DNA of 64,000 bases from Vulcanimicrobiota bacterium (GCA_963695225.1 OY968762.1:608001-672000), one strand, 5' to 3'. Shown: positions 47,408 through 59,500, counted from the stretch's first letter. Translations and numbers: made by a program. The notes: generated from the sequence alone by a model not told the origin.

Positions 47408-48025
47408 TCAGGCTGCCTGCTCGATCATCGGCCGAAGCAGTTCCTTTAGCTTGGAGCGAGCCCGCGAGAGGCGCGAGCGAACGGTCCCGATCGATATCCC
47501 GGTCGCCGACGCGATCTCCTCGTACGAGAGCTGATCGACTTCGCGCATCGCGACGACTTCGCGGAACGGCGCCGGAAGCGCCGCGATCGCCTCGTTGAGT
47601 CCGGCCACCGTCATGGCCTCGTAGCACGCCGAGTACGGATCGCCGAACGATTCGTTCGTCGCGCCGGCGTCGCCCATCGCGTTCTGGAGGCGCGTGAGGC
47701 GCACGTCGGCCCGTTTGCGCTTCTTGTTGTGATCGAAGAACACGTTGATCGTGATCCGGTAGAGCCACGTGTAGAACGAGGATTGCCCCCGAAAACGGTG
47801 CAGGTTGCGGAAGATCCGCAAGAAGACTTCCTGCGTGAGGTCTTCGGCGTCGCCCGGCGAGACGTTGAGCTGCCCGAGGATCCGGCGAACCTGAGCGTCG
47901 TACGACCGAACGAGCTCGTCGAACGCCTCCTCACGGCCGGCGCGGTACGTCGCGATCAAGCGAAGGTCCCGTGCGGCACGGAGCTGCTGTTCCGGAGCGG
48001 CGATCTTACGTTGGATGGAGCGCAT
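47408..48025 (-). CDS. ECF sigma-70 factor
   Basis: DAEDLTQEVF, SFYTWLYRI, LSYEEIA, GTVRSRLSRAR. Confidence 0.93.
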   Translation of the reverse strand: MRSIQRKIAAPEQQLRAARDLRLIATYRAGREEAFDELVRSYDAQVRRILGQLNVSPGDAEDLTQEVFLRIFRNLHRFRGQSSFYTWLYRITINVFFDHNKKRKRADVRLTRLQNAMGDAGATNESFGDPYSACYEAMTVAGLNEAIAALPAPFREVVAMREVDQLSYEEIASATGISIGTVRSRLSRARSKLKELLRPMIEQAA

Positions 48026-48092
48026 CGAGTCCTCCGAGTCGTTAGTGCCCTCAAAGGATAACTATGCACGCCTAACGCGACTGTGAGGTCGC

Positions 48093-49286
48093 CTACAGTT
48101 GAGGACTTGACGTTACTCTGCCCTCGCAGACGCCCTTCGCAAACGCAACGAGCGTCTCGATGCCGTACCGGAGCGCCCCCTCGTCGATGCGGAAGAGCGG
48201 GCTGTGCCCCGCGTGGATCGCTCCGAGTTCCTCGTTGCGGATCCCAAGGCGCACGAGTACGCCCGGCACGCACTCCGCGAAATAGGCGAAATCCTCGCCG
48301 CCCATCGTCGGCGCGGGCGTCACGATCGCGACTCCGGCGTTCGCCGTCAGATATTCCCGGAATGCTTCGGTCAGGGGCGGATCGTTGACGACGACCGGGT
48401 AGCCGTAGACGACCTCCAGGCGGCCGCGCGCGCCGTAGGCCGCGCAGACGCCCTCGACGATCCGCCGCGCCCGCCCTTCGAGCGCGGCCCGGATCTCGCG
48501 ATCCTGCGTGCGAAACGTCCCGCTCATCTTCACGCGGTCGGCGATCACGTTGTTGCGGTAGCCGCCTTCGATCGTCCCGATCGTCACGACGACCGCCCCG
48601 AGGGGATCCGTTTCGCGAGCGGCGATGTTTTGCAGCGCCAAGACCGTCGCCGCCGCGCAGGGGATCGCGTCGACTCCTTGGTGCGGATAGGCGCCGTGCC
48701 CGCCGACGCCCTCGATCGTGATGTAGAACTCGTCGGCCGCAGCGTTGACCGCACCCCCGCGCAGCCCCACGGTCCCGGTCGGAAGCCGGTGGTCGACGTG
48801 AAGCATCGCGATCGCGTCGACCCGCGGATCGGAAAGGGCGCCCGCCTCGATCATCGGCAGAGCGCCGCCCGGCCCTTCTTCCGCGGGTTGGAACAAGAGC
48901 ACGACGGTCCCGTGCAGGTTCTCGCGCTCGGCCTGCAGGACGCGCGCCGCACCGAGCAGGATCGCAGTGTGCGCGTCGTGCCCGCAGGCATGCATCTTCC
49001 CCGGGAGTTCCGAAGAAAACGGCTCCCCGGAACGCTCGGCGATCGGCAGCGCGTCCATGTCGGCGCGAAGAGCCGCGACCTTCCCGGGGAGTGCGCCGCG
49101 GATCACGCCGACGACGCCCGTCCTCGCGACGCGGCGGTGCTCGATGCCGATCGCATCGAGTTCGCGCTCGACCAGCGCCGCGGTCCGCACTTCCTCGAAA
49201 CCCAATTCCGGGTGGCGGTGGATCTCCCGCCGCAGGGCGATCGCTCGCGCGACGACGTCCGCGGCGGTCGCGTTCGATGGACTCAT
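48093..49286 (-). CDS. M20D-family amidohydrolase
   Basis: HRHPELGFEE, RADMDALP, MHACGHDAH, FQPAEEG, MGGEDF. Confidence 0.93.
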   Translation of the reverse strand: MSPSNATAADVVARAIALRREIHRHPELGFEEVRTAALVERELDAIGIEHRRVARTGVVGVIRGALPGKVAALRADMDALPIAERSGEPFSSELPGKMHACGHDAHTAILLGAARVLQAERENLHGTVVLLFQPAEEGPGGALPMIEAGALSDPRVDAIAMLHVDHRLPTGTVGLRGGAVNAAADEFYITIEGVGGHGAYPHQGVDAIPCAAATVLALQNIAARETDPLGAVVVTIGTIEGGYRNNVIADRVKMSGTFRTQDREIRAALEGRARRIVEGVCAAYGARGRLEVVYGYPVVVNDPPLTEAFREYLTANAGVAIVTPAPTMGGEDFAYFAECVPGVLVRLGIRNEELGAIHAGHSPLFRIDEGALRYGIETLVAFAKGVCEGRVTSSPQL

Positions 49287-49342
49287 TCCGTGGGATTCAT
49301 GCGCGCGCGGCGCGAGTCCTTACCCCGCGCGCGAGAAGCCCG

Positions 49343-49519
49343 TTAGGGTTCGGGGACTTCGACCAGCTCGAGGCGGCCGTCGACCCACGCGAGCGCGATC
49401 GCCCACGCCGATGCGATTCGCGCGTGGGTGATCGTGCGCGGGTTCAGCGTGAAGGAAATGGGACGGCGCGGACGTTCCTGCGCATCGTTCGTCGCCTCAT
49501 TGCGATCTCGCGAATCCAT
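49343..49519 (-). CDS. Small hypothetical protein (58 aa)
   Basis: GGGGA RBS before ATG; fills the ftsZ-amidohydrolase gap. Confidence 0.4.
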   Translation of the reverse strand: MDSRDRNEATNDAQERPRRPISFTLNPRTITHARIASAWAIALAWVDGRLELVEVPEP

Positions 49520-49656
49520 ATCCCCTGGCTCCTCCCTGACTCCGCTCTGCTGTGATCGATGGTACGGGGCGGCGCAGACTTCGAGAAGTTCCGGAGGGCC
49601 CAGCCGCACCCGCTGAAATTGAGCCGATGGACCTCCCGGAAAACTCGGATGCGGCG

Positions 49657-50730
49657 TTAGGAACGGTAGCGCAGGAACGCCGGAACTTCGATGTCGTCCA
49701 TATTGACGGGCGCGACCTTCTCGAAGTCCGTCCCACGCGACGTGACCGTGCTCGCGCGATGCGTCGCCGGAGAGGCCGGCCCGAAGCCCGCCGCGAGGAC
49801 CGTGATCCGGACCTTCGATTGCATCGCGGGATCGATCGAGGCTCCGAAGATGATCTGCGCGTCGGAATCGACCGCGCGCGCGATCATCTCGGCGGCCTCG
49901 TTCACTTCGTACATCGCGAGATCGGGGCCGCCGGTGATATTGAAGATCACGCCGCGCGCGCCTTCGATCGTCGTCTCGAGCAACGGCGAGGCGATCGCCT
50001 TCTGCGCGGCATCCGCGGCGCGGTGCTCCCCCGAACCTTCGCCGATCCCCATCATCGCGCTTCCGGCATCCGTCATGATCGCCTTCACGTCGGCGAAGTC
50101 GAGGTTGATGAGCCCCGGCTGCGTGATCAGGTCGGAGATCCCTTGGATTCCCTGGCGCAACACGTCGTCGGCGTAGGCGAACGCCTCTTGCAGCGGCGTG
50201 CGCTTTTCGATGATCTGCATGATCCGTTCGTTCGGGATCGTGATCAGCGTGTCGACTTTCGCTTCCAGCTCGGCGATACCGCGTTCGGCGATCTGCATGC
50301 GCCGGCGCCCCTCGAACGCGAACGGCTTCGTCACGACGCCGACGGTCAGCGCGCCGGACTCGCGCGCGAGTTCCGCGATGACCGATGCCGCGCCCGTCCC
50401 CGTTCCGCCGCCCATTCCGGCCGTCACGAAGACGAGGTCGGATCCGTCGAGGATCATCGCGAGATCCTCGCGCGATTCGTCGGCGGCTTGCCGCCCCGCA
50501 TCGGGATTCGCGCCGGCGCCGAGGCCCCGCGTCAGACCGTTGCCGATCTGCACGGTGTTCTGCGTGCGGCAGTTGCGCAGCGCCTGCACGTCGGTGTTGA
50601 TCGCGTAGAATTCAACGCCGTGCAATCCGGCGTCGATCATGCGGTTGACGGCGTTGCAGCCGCCGCCGCCGATTCCGATGACCTTGATCGTGGCGGCGTG
50701 TTCGGGGTTGTAGCGTCGAACGTCGGACAT
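49657..50730 (-). CDS. ftsZ: Cell division protein FtsZ
   Basis: [38 protein letters not shown]. Confidence 0.98.
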   Translation of the reverse strand: MSDVRRYNPEHAATIKVIGIGGGGCNAVNRMIDAGLHGVEFYAINTDVQALRNCRTQNTVQIGNGLTRGLGAGANPDAGRQAADESREDLAMILDGSDLVFVTAGMGGGTGTGAASVIAELARESGALTVGVVTKPFAFEGRRRMQIAERGIAELEAKVDTLITIPNERIMQIIEKRTPLQEAFAYADDVLRQGIQGISDLITQPGLINLDFADVKAIMTDAGSAMMGIGEGSGEHRAADAAQKAIASPLLETTIEGARGVIFNITGGPDLAMYEVNEAAEMIARAVDSDAQIIFGASIDPAMQSKVRITVLAAGFGPASPATHRASTVTSRGTDFEKVAPVNMDDIEVPAFLRYRS

Positions 50731-50759
50731 CGGTCCCTCCAATGGCAAGCGAAAGTCGT

Positions 50760-51977
50760 TCAGTTCCAAAGGTCGCCGAACCAGTTCGTGACCCGCGCGA
50801 ACATGCCGCGGGAGCGACTGTGCGGCACGGCCTGCTCGCCTTTCGGTCCGGCGAGGACGAGGCCGACGGCAGTTGCGTACTCCGGCTGTTTGTACGCGTC
50901 GTTGAGGCCGCCGATCGCGGTCGGCACGCCGATGCGCGCCGGGACCCCGAAGAACGCGGCCGCGAGCGCGTCGAGCCCGTCGAGGCGCGCGCCGCCGCCC
51001 GTCAGGACGACCTCGGCGAGAATCAACTCGCGCGGCGCGTGTTCGGAGATCTGCGCGCGCGCGATCTTGAAGATCTCCGAGATGCGCGGCTCGACGATGG
51101 CGCGCAACTCCGCCCGCGTGACCATCTGCGTCGTGCGGCCGTCGAGGGACGTGACCGCGAACGGGTCCTCGCCCTCGCTGCGCTCGCGCAGGCTCGCGCA
51201 GGCTCGTTTCACGCGCTCCGCTTCGGCAAACGACGTCTTCAGCCCGAAGGCGATGTCGTTCGTGAGGATGTTCCCGCCGACGGGGATCGTCGATGTGTAG
51301 ACCGCTCCGCCGCCGCCGAACACCGCGATATCCGTCGTCCCGCCGCCGATGTCGAGCAACGCGACGCCGACCTGTTTTTCTTCGCTCGAGAGCGTCGCGG
51401 CCGACGATGCGAGCGGCTCGAACACGACGCCGGCCGGCTCGAGCCCGGCGCGATGGACGCACTTCAGCACGTTCGTGATGAACGCCGCGCCGCCGGTCAC
51501 GATGTGCGTCTCGACCTCGAGGCGAGCGCCGGACATCCCGACGGGATCGACGATCCCGTCGTGTCCGTCGATCATGTAGTGCCGCGGCAAGGCGTGCACG
51601 ATCTGTCGTTCGCTGCCGACGTCGATCAGCTTCGAGGCGTCGACGACGCGCCGCACGTCGTTCGGGGCGACTTCCCGTTCCTCGCCCGAGATCGCGACGA
51701 CGCCCCGGCTGTTCCGGCTCTGCATGTGCTCCCCGGTCACGCCGACGTAGACCTGAGAGATGTGGACGCCCGCCATCCGCTCGGCCCGTTCGGTCGCCGC
51801 TTCGATCGAACGGACGGTCTCCTCGAGGTCCGTCACGACTCCACGGCGCAAGCCGTTCGAGGGCGCCTCACCGACGCCGATGATGTCCAGCCCCCGGGAC
51901 GTGGCGGTAGCGACGACGGCGCACGTCTTGGTCGTCCCGATGTCCAGGCCAACGATCGTGCCCCGGGGTGCTTTCAT
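50760..51977 (-). CDS. ftsA: Cell division protein FtsA
   Basis: [23 protein letters not shown], amphipathic C-terminal helix. Confidence 0.96.
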   Translation of the reverse strand: MKAPRGTIVGLDIGTTKTCAVVATATSRGLDIIGVGEAPSNGLRRGVVTDLEETVRSIEAATERAERMAGVHISQVYVGVTGEHMQSRNSRGVVAISGEEREVAPNDVRRVVDASKLIDVGSERQIVHALPRHYMIDGHDGIVDPVGMSGARLEVETHIVTGGAAFITNVLKCVHRAGLEPAGVVFEPLASSAATLSSEEKQVGVALLDIGGGTTDIAVFGGGGAVYTSTIPVGGNILTNDIAFGLKTSFAEAERVKRACASLRERSEGEDPFAVTSLDGRTTQMVTRAELRAIVEPRISEIFKIARAQISEHAPRELILAEVVLTGGGARLDGLDALAAAFFGVPARIGVPTAIGGLNDAYKQPEYATAVGLVLAGPKGEQAVPHSRSRGMFARVTNWFGDLWN

Positions 51978-51981
51978 GGCC

Positions 51982-52770
51982 CTAGATATTGTGGTGGCTG
52001 GGCCTGGAGTCCTGTATATATTGTGGCTCGCGCCGGAGGACGACGGGGGCTGCCGGTGCCCGCAGATCGATCGCCCGCACGCCCGCGCCGGCACCCGGCA
52101 GTGCGAGGATCGCGTCGAGGAGGCGGAGCTTTTCCGGCAGGTCCCCGTCCGAACCGAAGCGGACCTCAACCCCGCCGCGGAGCGTCGCGAGGAGCCCGCC
52201 GTATGCGTCGTAGCCGAACGCGACGAATGCATGTGGCCCCTGCCCAAGCGTCCCGGCGTCGCGCAGCAGCCGGTCGAGGTCGTCGCTGCGCTCGTCTTCG
52301 CCGGGTGCGACGGCCGCGAGTCCGGGGAGGCGGTAGAGCGGTTGCGGCAACCGGTCGCAGCCGAGTTCGAGGACTCGGCGGTCGGCGTCGATCGTCAGCG
52401 CGCTCCCGGACGCAAGCAGACATCCCTCCGGGACTCGTTCGGAGACTGCGATCTCGACCGCATTCGGGAACTTGCGCCGGACGATCGCGTCGCGGACGTA
52501 GGGAATCCGTTCGATGCGGCGCTCGGCCGCGCGCGTGTCGAGCAGCCAGATGTTCCGATCCGCCGGGAGGGCGGCGCGCGCGACGATCTCCGCGCGCGGC
52601 ACGATCGCGTTCCCCCCAACCTCGAGCGCGTTCAGATAAAAGCCCGGCCAATTCAGCGCGTACGCGCCGCCCCCCGCGAGAACGAGCATCCCTGCGAGCG
52701 CGACGATCCAGAAAGCGCGCAGTCGCGAGAGCGGGGAAGGCTTGCTGCGCCGGCGCAGGTTCGTCGTCAC
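51982..52770 (-). CDS. ftsQ: FtsQ/DivIB (POTRA) cell division protein
   Basis: Single TM, POTRA, RKFPNAVEIAVSERVP, IDLR; upstream of ftsA. Confidence 0.85.
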   Translation of the reverse strand: MTTNLRRRSKPSPLSRLRAFWIVALAGMLVLAGGGAYALNWPGFYLNALEVGGNAIVPRAEIVARAALPADRNIWLLDTRAAERRIERIPYVRDAIVRRKFPNAVEIAVSERVPEGCLLASGSALTIDADRRVLELGCDRLPQPLYRLPGLAAVAPGEDERSDDLDRLLRDAGTLGQGPHAFVAFGYDAYGGLLATLRGGVEVRFGSDGDLPEKLRLLDAILALPGAGAGVRAIDLRAPAAPVVLRREPQYIQDSRPSHHNI

Positions 52771-53609
52771 GCGTCCCGCTCCGCCGGGATCTCGAACACG
52801 AAACGTTCGAGCGCTTCTTTCACGCCGTCGTGGGCCCAATCGCCGACGACGGCCTGCGCTACGGCGAGCAGCGGCGCGGGCGACGAGCCCATCGCCACGC
52901 CGAAACCCGCCTCGGCCAGCAGCGGAACGTCGTTGTACGAATCGCCGATCGCCATGATGTCCTCGCGTTCGATCCCCAGCCGCGCCGCGACCGAGCGGAG
53001 CGCCGCGCCTTTGTTCGCCGCGGGGTTCATCACCTCCACGAACTCCGGGTTCGAACGCGTCACGTATGCGTCGGCGCCGCAGAGCCTGCGAATCCGCTCG
53101 AAGACTTCCTCCGTGCGGGCCGGATCGGTCACTACGTTGAGCTTCGTCGAATCGTGCCCCGCGAACGCCTCCCGCAACGAGGGCACGACGACCGGCTCGA
53201 CGCCGGCCAGCCGGGCGTAGAGCGCGCTGTAGCGATTGCGTTCCTCGCAGTAGAAGCGGTCGTCCCGGTACATCTGCACGTGGTACCCTTCGGGGCGAAG
53301 CGCGTCGTAGATGCGCAGCGCGGTCGCGCTCGCGAGCGGCGTCTGCGCGAGCATCGAGCCCCCGACGGGATCGAAGATCGCGGCGCCCTGATAGCAGATG
53401 ACCGGGGCCGTGACGCCGAGCGCCCGCGCGGCCCAGGCGGTCCCGACGAACATCCGCCCGGTGACGATCGTGATCACGACGCCGCTCGCGCTCGCGCGCC
53501 GGACGGATTCGGCGACGGACTCGGCGAGGACGTTCTCGGACGAGAGCAGCGTGCCGTCGAGATCGAGGGCGAGCAGCTTCGGGCGTGCGGCCGGACGCGC
53601 CTCGTTCAC
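52767..53609 (-). CDS. Cof-type HAD-IIB phosphatase
   Basis: DLDGTLL, TGR, NKG, IGDSYND. Confidence 0.92.
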   Translation of the reverse strand: MNEARPAARPKLLALDLDGTLLSSENVLAESVAESVRRASASGVVITIVTGRMFVGTAWAARALGVTAPVICYQGAAIFDPVGGSMLAQTPLASATALRIYDALRPEGYHVQMYRDDRFYCEERNRYSALYARLAGVEPVVVPSLREAFAGHDSTKLNVVTDPARTEEVFERIRRLCGADAYVTRSNPEFVEVMNPAANKGAALRSVAARLGIEREDIMAIGDSYNDVPLLAEAGFGVAMGSSPAPLLAVAQAVVGDWAHDGVKEALERFVFEIPAERDA

Positions 53610-54895
53610 CGTGTGCCGAGCCGGAGCAGCGCGGTCCGCGCGTGCGCGCGCAAGCCTTCGAACTCCGCGAGCGCCGCGAGCGTGCGCGCGTCCTCGCGCA
53701 TCCGGGCGGCGCTATTCTCGATCACCGAGGTCGTTCGGTAGAAATCGGCGAGCCGCAAGCCCGAGGAGTAGCGTCCGGCTCCCGCGGTGGGGAGGACGTG
53801 GTTCGTCCCGGCGATGTAGTCGCCGGCGGCGACCGGCGTCTCGTCGCCGACGAAGATCGCGCCCGCGCGACGGATGCGCGGCACCAGGCTCCACGGCTCC
53901 GCGATCTGCAGCGAGAGATGCTCCGGCGCGAAGCGTTCGATCACCTCGAGGATCTCCGTCTCGTCCGCCGCGTGGATGAGGTAAGCGCCCTCGGCGAGCA
54001 CGCGATCGACGATCTCGCCGCGCCCGCACGCCGTCGCAAACTCGCCCCCGAGCAGTTCGTTGACGCGCTCCAAGATCCCAAGATCGGTCGATACGGCGGC
54101 GACGCGCGCGAGCGGGTCGTGCTCGGCCTGTGCGATCAACTCCCCGGCCACGAACCCGGCGTTCGCGCGAGCGTCGGCGACGACGAGCACTTCCGAAGGC
54201 CCCGCGAGGCCGTCGATCCCGCACCTTCCGAAGACTTGCCGCTTCGCCTCGGTCACCCAGACGTTCCCGGGGCCGACGATCTTATCGACGGGGGCGATCG
54301 TCGCGGTTCCGTAGGCGAGCGCCGCGATCGCCTGCGCGCCGCCGGCCGCGTAGAGTTCGTCGACGCCGCACAGGGCGCAGGCGAAGAGGATCGCGGGTGC
54401 GACCGCCCCGTCCCGGCCGGGCGGCGTCGTCACGACCACGCGCTCGACGCCGGCAAGCTTCGCCGGGACGGCCGTCATGATCACGGACGACGGCAACACG
54501 GCGGTCCCGCCCGGGACGTACGCGCCGACCGCGGCGAGCGGATGGTAGACGAACGCACCGCGCGTCCCGTCCGGCTCGCGCCGCTCGACGTCCTCGGGAC
54601 GCTGCAATTCGTGATACGCCGCGACGCGCGCCCGCGCCAGTTCGAGTCCCGCCGAGATCTCCGCCGGGACGAGCGCGCGCGCCGCTTCGAGCGAGGGCAA
54701 CCGCACGCGCAGCGCATCGTCTCGCATGTCCGGCGCGTCGAACCGGCGCGTGTAGTCGAGCAGCGCCGCGTCGCCCCGCTCGCGCACGTCCGCGACGATC
54801 GCGGCGACCGTGGAGCGCACGGCTTCGGAAACCTCCCAGCCCCCGCCGTACAGACGCGCCAGCGCCGGGCCGTCGCTCGCGGCGACGATCTTCAC
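53606..54895 (-). CDS. hisD: Histidinol dehydrogenase
   Basis: YVPGG, GGAQAIAALAYGT, GPGN, AGPSE, QAEHD, APEHL, GTNHVLPT. Confidence 0.96.
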   Translation of the reverse strand: MKIVAASDGPALARLYGGGWEVSEAVRSTVAAIVADVRERGDAALLDYTRRFDAPDMRDDALRVRLPSLEAARALVPAEISAGLELARARVAAYHELQRPEDVERREPDGTRGAFVYHPLAAVGAYVPGGTAVLPSSVIMTAVPAKLAGVERVVVTTPPGRDGAVAPAILFACALCGVDELYAAGGAQAIAALAYGTATIAPVDKIVGPGNVWVTEAKRQVFGRCGIDGLAGPSEVLVVADARANAGFVAGELIAQAEHDPLARVAAVSTDLGILERVNELLGGEFATACGRGEIVDRVLAEGAYLIHAADETEILEVIERFAPEHLSLQIAEPWSLVPRIRRAGAIFVGDETPVAAGDYIAGTNHVLPTAGAGRYSSGLRLADFYRTTSVIENSAARMREDARTLAALAEFEGLRAHARTALLRLGTR

Positions 54896-55554
54896 GAACG
54901 CGCCTCGAACGTCAGCCCGCTGAACGCGTGCTCGGGATCGAGCCTGCGCAAAAGATCCATCAACGCGCGGTACTTCGCGCGAAAGCGGACCGGGTTCACG
55001 ACGAAACGTGCCGTCGAGCGGTCGATCTCTTCGAGCACGACGAGATGGTTCTCGCGCAGCGTCGTACCCGTCGCGACCAGGTCGACGATGAGATCGGCGA
55101 GGCCGACGAGCGGGCCCAATTCGACCGAGCCGTGCAGCTTGATCAATTGCGCCGGCAGATCCCGTTCGGCGAAATACGTCTCGGCGGTCCGCACGAATTT
55201 CGTGGCGACGCGCAGGAAGGTCGGCAGCGGGACGCCTTCGTGGTAACGGTCGGCGCTGCGCGCGGCTACGACGAGCCGGCAAGCGCCGAACTCGAGGTCC
55301 GCTAGCTCGCAGACGTGCCGGTCCGTCTCCCAGAGCGTATCCTTGCCGACGATGCCGCAATCCGCCGCGCCGAATTCGACGTACGCCGGGACGTCGCTCG
55401 GGCGCAGGAACAAGATCTCGCTCCCGTCCCCCGTGACGACGGAGAGCTTGCGCCCCGGATCGTCGGGGACTTCGACGCCGGCGCCGCGCAAGCGCGCGAC
55501 CGCGTCGTCGTAGAGGGCGCCCTTGGGGACGGCGACGACGAGACGTTCGCTCAC
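54892..55554 (-). CDS. hisG: ATP phosphoribosyltransferase, short form
   Basis: AVPKG, DVPAYVEFG, GIVGKD, HGSVELGP, DLVATGTTLREN. Confidence 0.95.
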   Translation of the reverse strand: MSERLVVAVPKGALYDDAVARLRGAGVEVPDDPGRKLSVVTGDGSEILFLRPSDVPAYVEFGAADCGIVGKDTLWETDRHVCELADLEFGACRLVVAARSADRYHEGVPLPTFLRVATKFVRTAETYFAERDLPAQLIKLHGSVELGPLVGLADLIVDLVATGTTLRENHLVVLEEIDRSTARFVVNPVRFRAKYRALMDLLRRLDPEHAFSGLTFEARS

Positions 55555-56546
55555 GCGCGTGCCCCCTCGGCGACGCGTTGCCTGCGCCGCTCGAGCGCGA
55601 TCAGCACGCGCTCGACGCTCAGCGACCACCCGACGGCGCCCGCCTGCATTCCGAAGCGCGGGAGCAGCGAATCGTAGCGTCCGCCCCCGACGATCGCGAC
55701 GCCCAGTTCAGCGACGAATCCTTCGAACACGAAGCCCGTGTAGTACGCGAAATCCCGCAGGAGCGAGAGGTCGATCGCGATGCGATCCTGCGCGCCCCGT
55801 TCGGCGGCGCGGGCGACGATCGCGGCGAGCCGCTCGATGCCCACGCGCCCTTCTACCGTGCGGCACAACTTCTCCGCGAACGCCAGCACGTCGCCGGTTC
55901 CGCGGCTCAGCGTCAGCGCCCGCAGTTGCGGGAAGCGGTCCGCGTACCCGAGCGCCGCCGTGAACGTTTGCAGCCCGACGAGGTTGCGCGTCGAGATCAT
56001 GCGCTTGCATTCTGCGATCGCGTCGGCGGAGAGGTCGAGCCCGGCGAGGATCCCGTCGATGATCGAGACGTGATTGATGTCGATCCGCGCGTCGTGCAGG
56101 CCGAGTGCGTCGAGCGCCTCGAGCGCGGTAAAGAGCGACTCCGCGTCCGCGCCGATCGTGCGATCGCCGATCAGCTCGACGCCGCCCTGCGTGAGCTCCT
56201 GCATCCGGCCCACCTGCGGGTCCTCATAGCGGTAGGTCGGCTGTACGTAGCACAGCCGCAACGGAAGCGGCGCACGCTGCAACCGCGAAGCGACCAGGCG
56301 CGCGATCGGCGTCGTCATGTCCGGGCGCAGCGAGAGCAGCCCGCCGCCGCGATCCGTGAACTGGAACGCCTGTTTCGCGAGCTGCTCGCCGACGCCGACT
56401 TCGAGCACGTCGAAGAACTCGAACGCCGGCGTTTGGACCTCCGAGTACCCGTGGCGGGCGAAGACGCCGCGCAGCGCCTCCTCCGAGCTGCGCTTGAGCG
56501 CGAGCTCGTCCGGAAGCCAGTCGCGCACGCCGGCCGGCAATCTCAT
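55551..56546 (-). CDS. hisZ: ATP phosphoribosyltransferase regulatory subunit
   Basis: PAGVRDWLP, LRPDMTTPIAR, YYTGFVFEG, GGGRYD; adjacent to short hisG. Confidence 0.93.
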   Translation of the reverse strand: MRLPAGVRDWLPDELALKRSSEEALRGVFARHGYSEVQTPAFEFFDVLEVGVGEQLAKQAFQFTDRGGGLLSLRPDMTTPIARLVASRLQRAPLPLRLCYVQPTYRYEDPQVGRMQELTQGGVELIGDRTIGADAESLFTALEALDALGLHDARIDINHVSIIDGILAGLDLSADAIAECKRMISTRNLVGLQTFTAALGYADRFPQLRALTLSRGTGDVLAFAEKLCRTVEGRVGIERLAAIVARAAERGAQDRIAIDLSLLRDFAYYTGFVFEGFVAELGVAIVGGGRYDSLLPRFGMQAGAVGWSLSVERVLIALERRRQRVAEGARA

Positions 56547-56596
56547 CTCCGTCTCCCCAATTCCGTCATCGCTCGCTCCCGTAGCCGCCGCGAAGT

Positions 56597-59500
56597 TCAC
56601 GCATTCGGCAGCGGGCCCTCCCAAACGTTGTTCCGGGAGAAGATCGCATCGAGTTCGCTGCGGACGTAGACGCCGGTCGAGATCCCCGCGCCCAGACGTG
56701 CGGCGCGCTCGCCTTCGTGCAAGACGATCGGGATCGTGCCGGGGGACTCCGCCACGAGCAGCGCCAGCGCGTCGATCTGGCGGCGATTGCGGACGCGGAC
56801 GTGCCAGGCGCTCGCAACGGGCGCCTCGACGCGCCGCTGGAACGGCGTCACCTCGTTCACGGTGACCGACGTTTCGACCGGGACGTCGTCGCCCGGCATC
56901 GAGCCGCGCCGTTCCCGGAAACGGACCCGCCCGCGGACCGTCACGATCGCATCGGGGACGAACGCGGTCTGCAACTGCGCGTACGATTTCGGGAAGACGA
57001 TCAGCTCCACGCTCCCGCCCGTATCCTCGAGCGTCGCGATCAGCATCTGCTGCTGCGCCTTCGTCATCGTCCGGCGCACGGCGGTCAGCATCCCCGCGAC
57101 GACGACCTGCGCATCGTCCTCGAACGTCCCCAGGTCCTTGATCGGCGTCGCGCCGGCGCGCGCGAGCTGCTCGGCGACGTCCGCCAGCGGATGCCCCGAA
57201 ACGAAGATTCCGAGCGTCTCCTTCTCCCAGGCGAGCCGCTCCATCGTCGTCGGCGCGGGGAGGGCAGGGAGCGCCTGCGCCAGCTCCGGCGTTTCCTCGA
57301 CCGTTCCAAAAAGCGAGACCTGCCCGAGCTCGCGATCCTTCGCCGCCCGGGTCGCAGCATCGAGCGCGCCGTCGAGGGCGGCCAATTGCTCGCTGCGATT
57401 CCCCGGGAGGGCGTCGAGCGCTCCGCACTTTATCAGCGCCTCGTAGACTTTCCGGTTCGCAGCCCCGGACTCGACGCGCGCCACGAGATCGAAGACGTCG
57501 GCGAACTTCCCGCCCGTGCGGCGCGCCTCGAGGAGCGCCCGGACGGCGCCCTCCCCGACGCCCTTGACGGCGGCGAGGCCGAAGCGGATCTGCGAGCCGA
57601 CGACGGCGAAATCGACGAGCGACTCGTTGACGTCCGGCGGCAGCACGGCGATGCCGAGCTTCTTCGCTTCGTCGATGTACTCGACGAGCTTATCGGTCTT
57701 GTCCTTGACCGACGTCATGAGCGCGGCGAAATACGCGATCGGGTGGTTCGCCTTCAGGAACGCGGTCTGATACGAGATCCAGCCGTATGCGGCGGCGTGC
57801 GACTTATTGAAACCGTATCCCGCGAACGGCTCGACGAACGCGAAGATCTCCCCGGCGAGGTGCGCGTCGATCCCGTTCTTGACGGACCCCGCGATGAACT
57901 TCTCGCGATAGAGGGGGATCTTGTCCTTCTGCTTCTTCCCCATCACCTTGCGCAGCTCGTCCGCTTGCCCCAGCGTGAAGCCCGCAATATCGCGCGCGAT
58001 CTGCATCACCTGCTCTTGGTAGCAGGCGATGCCGTACGTCTCCGCGAGGATCGGCTCGAGCTTCGGGTGCAGGTAGCGGGGCTTCGTGCGGCCGTGCTTG
58101 TTGCTGATGTACTGCGGGATCCACTCCATCGGTCCGGGCCGATAGAGCGCGACGAGCGCGATGATGTCGTCGAGCGAGGACGGTTGCAGCTCGCCGACGA
58201 CGCGGCGCATCCCGTCGGATTCGAGCTGGAAGACGCCGGTCGTCTCGCCGCGCCCGAGCATCTCGAACGTGCGCGCGTCGTCGTCGGGGATGCGTGCGAG
58301 ATCGAAGGCCGGGTCCGTCGTGCGCCGGATCTCGTCGCTCGCGGCCTTCATCACCGTCAAATTGCGCAGCCCGAGGAAATCCATCTTGAGCAGGCCGATC
58401 CGCTCGACCATGTTCATGTCGTATTGCGTGTTGACGTCGTCCTCGCCGAGCTTGATCAGCGGCGCCCAATCGACGAGCGGCCCCGCCGAGATCACGACGC
58501 CGGCGGCATGCGTCGAAGCGTGCCGCGCCAGGCCCTCGATCGACCGCGCCGTCTCGAGCAGCTTGCGGATCTGCGGCGAATTGTCGGAGAGGTTCTTGAG
58601 TTCCGGGATGTTCGCGAGCGCCTGCGCGATCGAGAGCCCGCCGGGGCCCGAAGGGATCAGCTTCGCGACCCGGTCCACGTCGCCGAGCGGGACGCCGAGC
58701 GCCCGCCCCGCATCGCGGACTGCGGCGCGAGCCGCCATGGTCCCGAACGTAACGATCTGCGCGACGCGGTCGCTCCCGTACTTGTGCGTGACGTAGTCGA
58801 TCACTTCGTCGCGCCGCTCGACGCAGAAATCCGTGTCGATATCCGGCATCGAGATGCGATCGGGATTGAGAAAGCGTTCGAACAGCAATTTGAACTTGAT
58901 CGGATCGAGATCCGTGATTCGCAGGCAGTACGAGACGATCGAGCCGACCGCCGAACCACGCCCCGGCCCGACCGGAATATCCCGATCGCGCGCGTACTTG
59001 ATGAAGTCCCACACGATCAAGAAGTACGATGCGAACCCCATCTTCGTGATGACGCCGAGCTCGTAATCGAGCCGCTCGCGCAGCGCCTCGTCGTGCGCCG
59101 CCCGCTCCGAGCCGTACCGCTCGACGAGCCCTGCCTCGCAGACTTCGCGCAGGTACTCCTCCGGCGTCTTCGCGCCGAGGAGCGACGGCTGCAAGCCGGC
59201 CTGCGGCACGGGATAAACCGGGATATTGAACGTCTTCTCGGGGATCCGCATGTCGATCCGCTTGACGATCTCGAGCGTGTTGTCGCAGGCATCCGGCACG
59301 TCGGCGAAGAGCTCGCGCATCTCCTCGTTTGATTTGACGTAGAATTCGTGCGTCATGAACTTGAGCCGGTTCGTGTCGGCGACCGTCTTCCCGGTCCCGA
59401 TGCAGAGCAGGACGTCGTGCGCAGGGGCATCCTCGCGCGTCAAGTAGTGCGAATCGTTCGTCGCGACGAGCGGCAGGTTCATCTCCCGCGCCAGCTTGAT

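Noticed and set aside
50742..59332. Long plus-strand ORFs (999, 553, 871 aa)
   Set aside because: Antisense to ftsA/ftsQ/his/dnaE with no recognisable motifs
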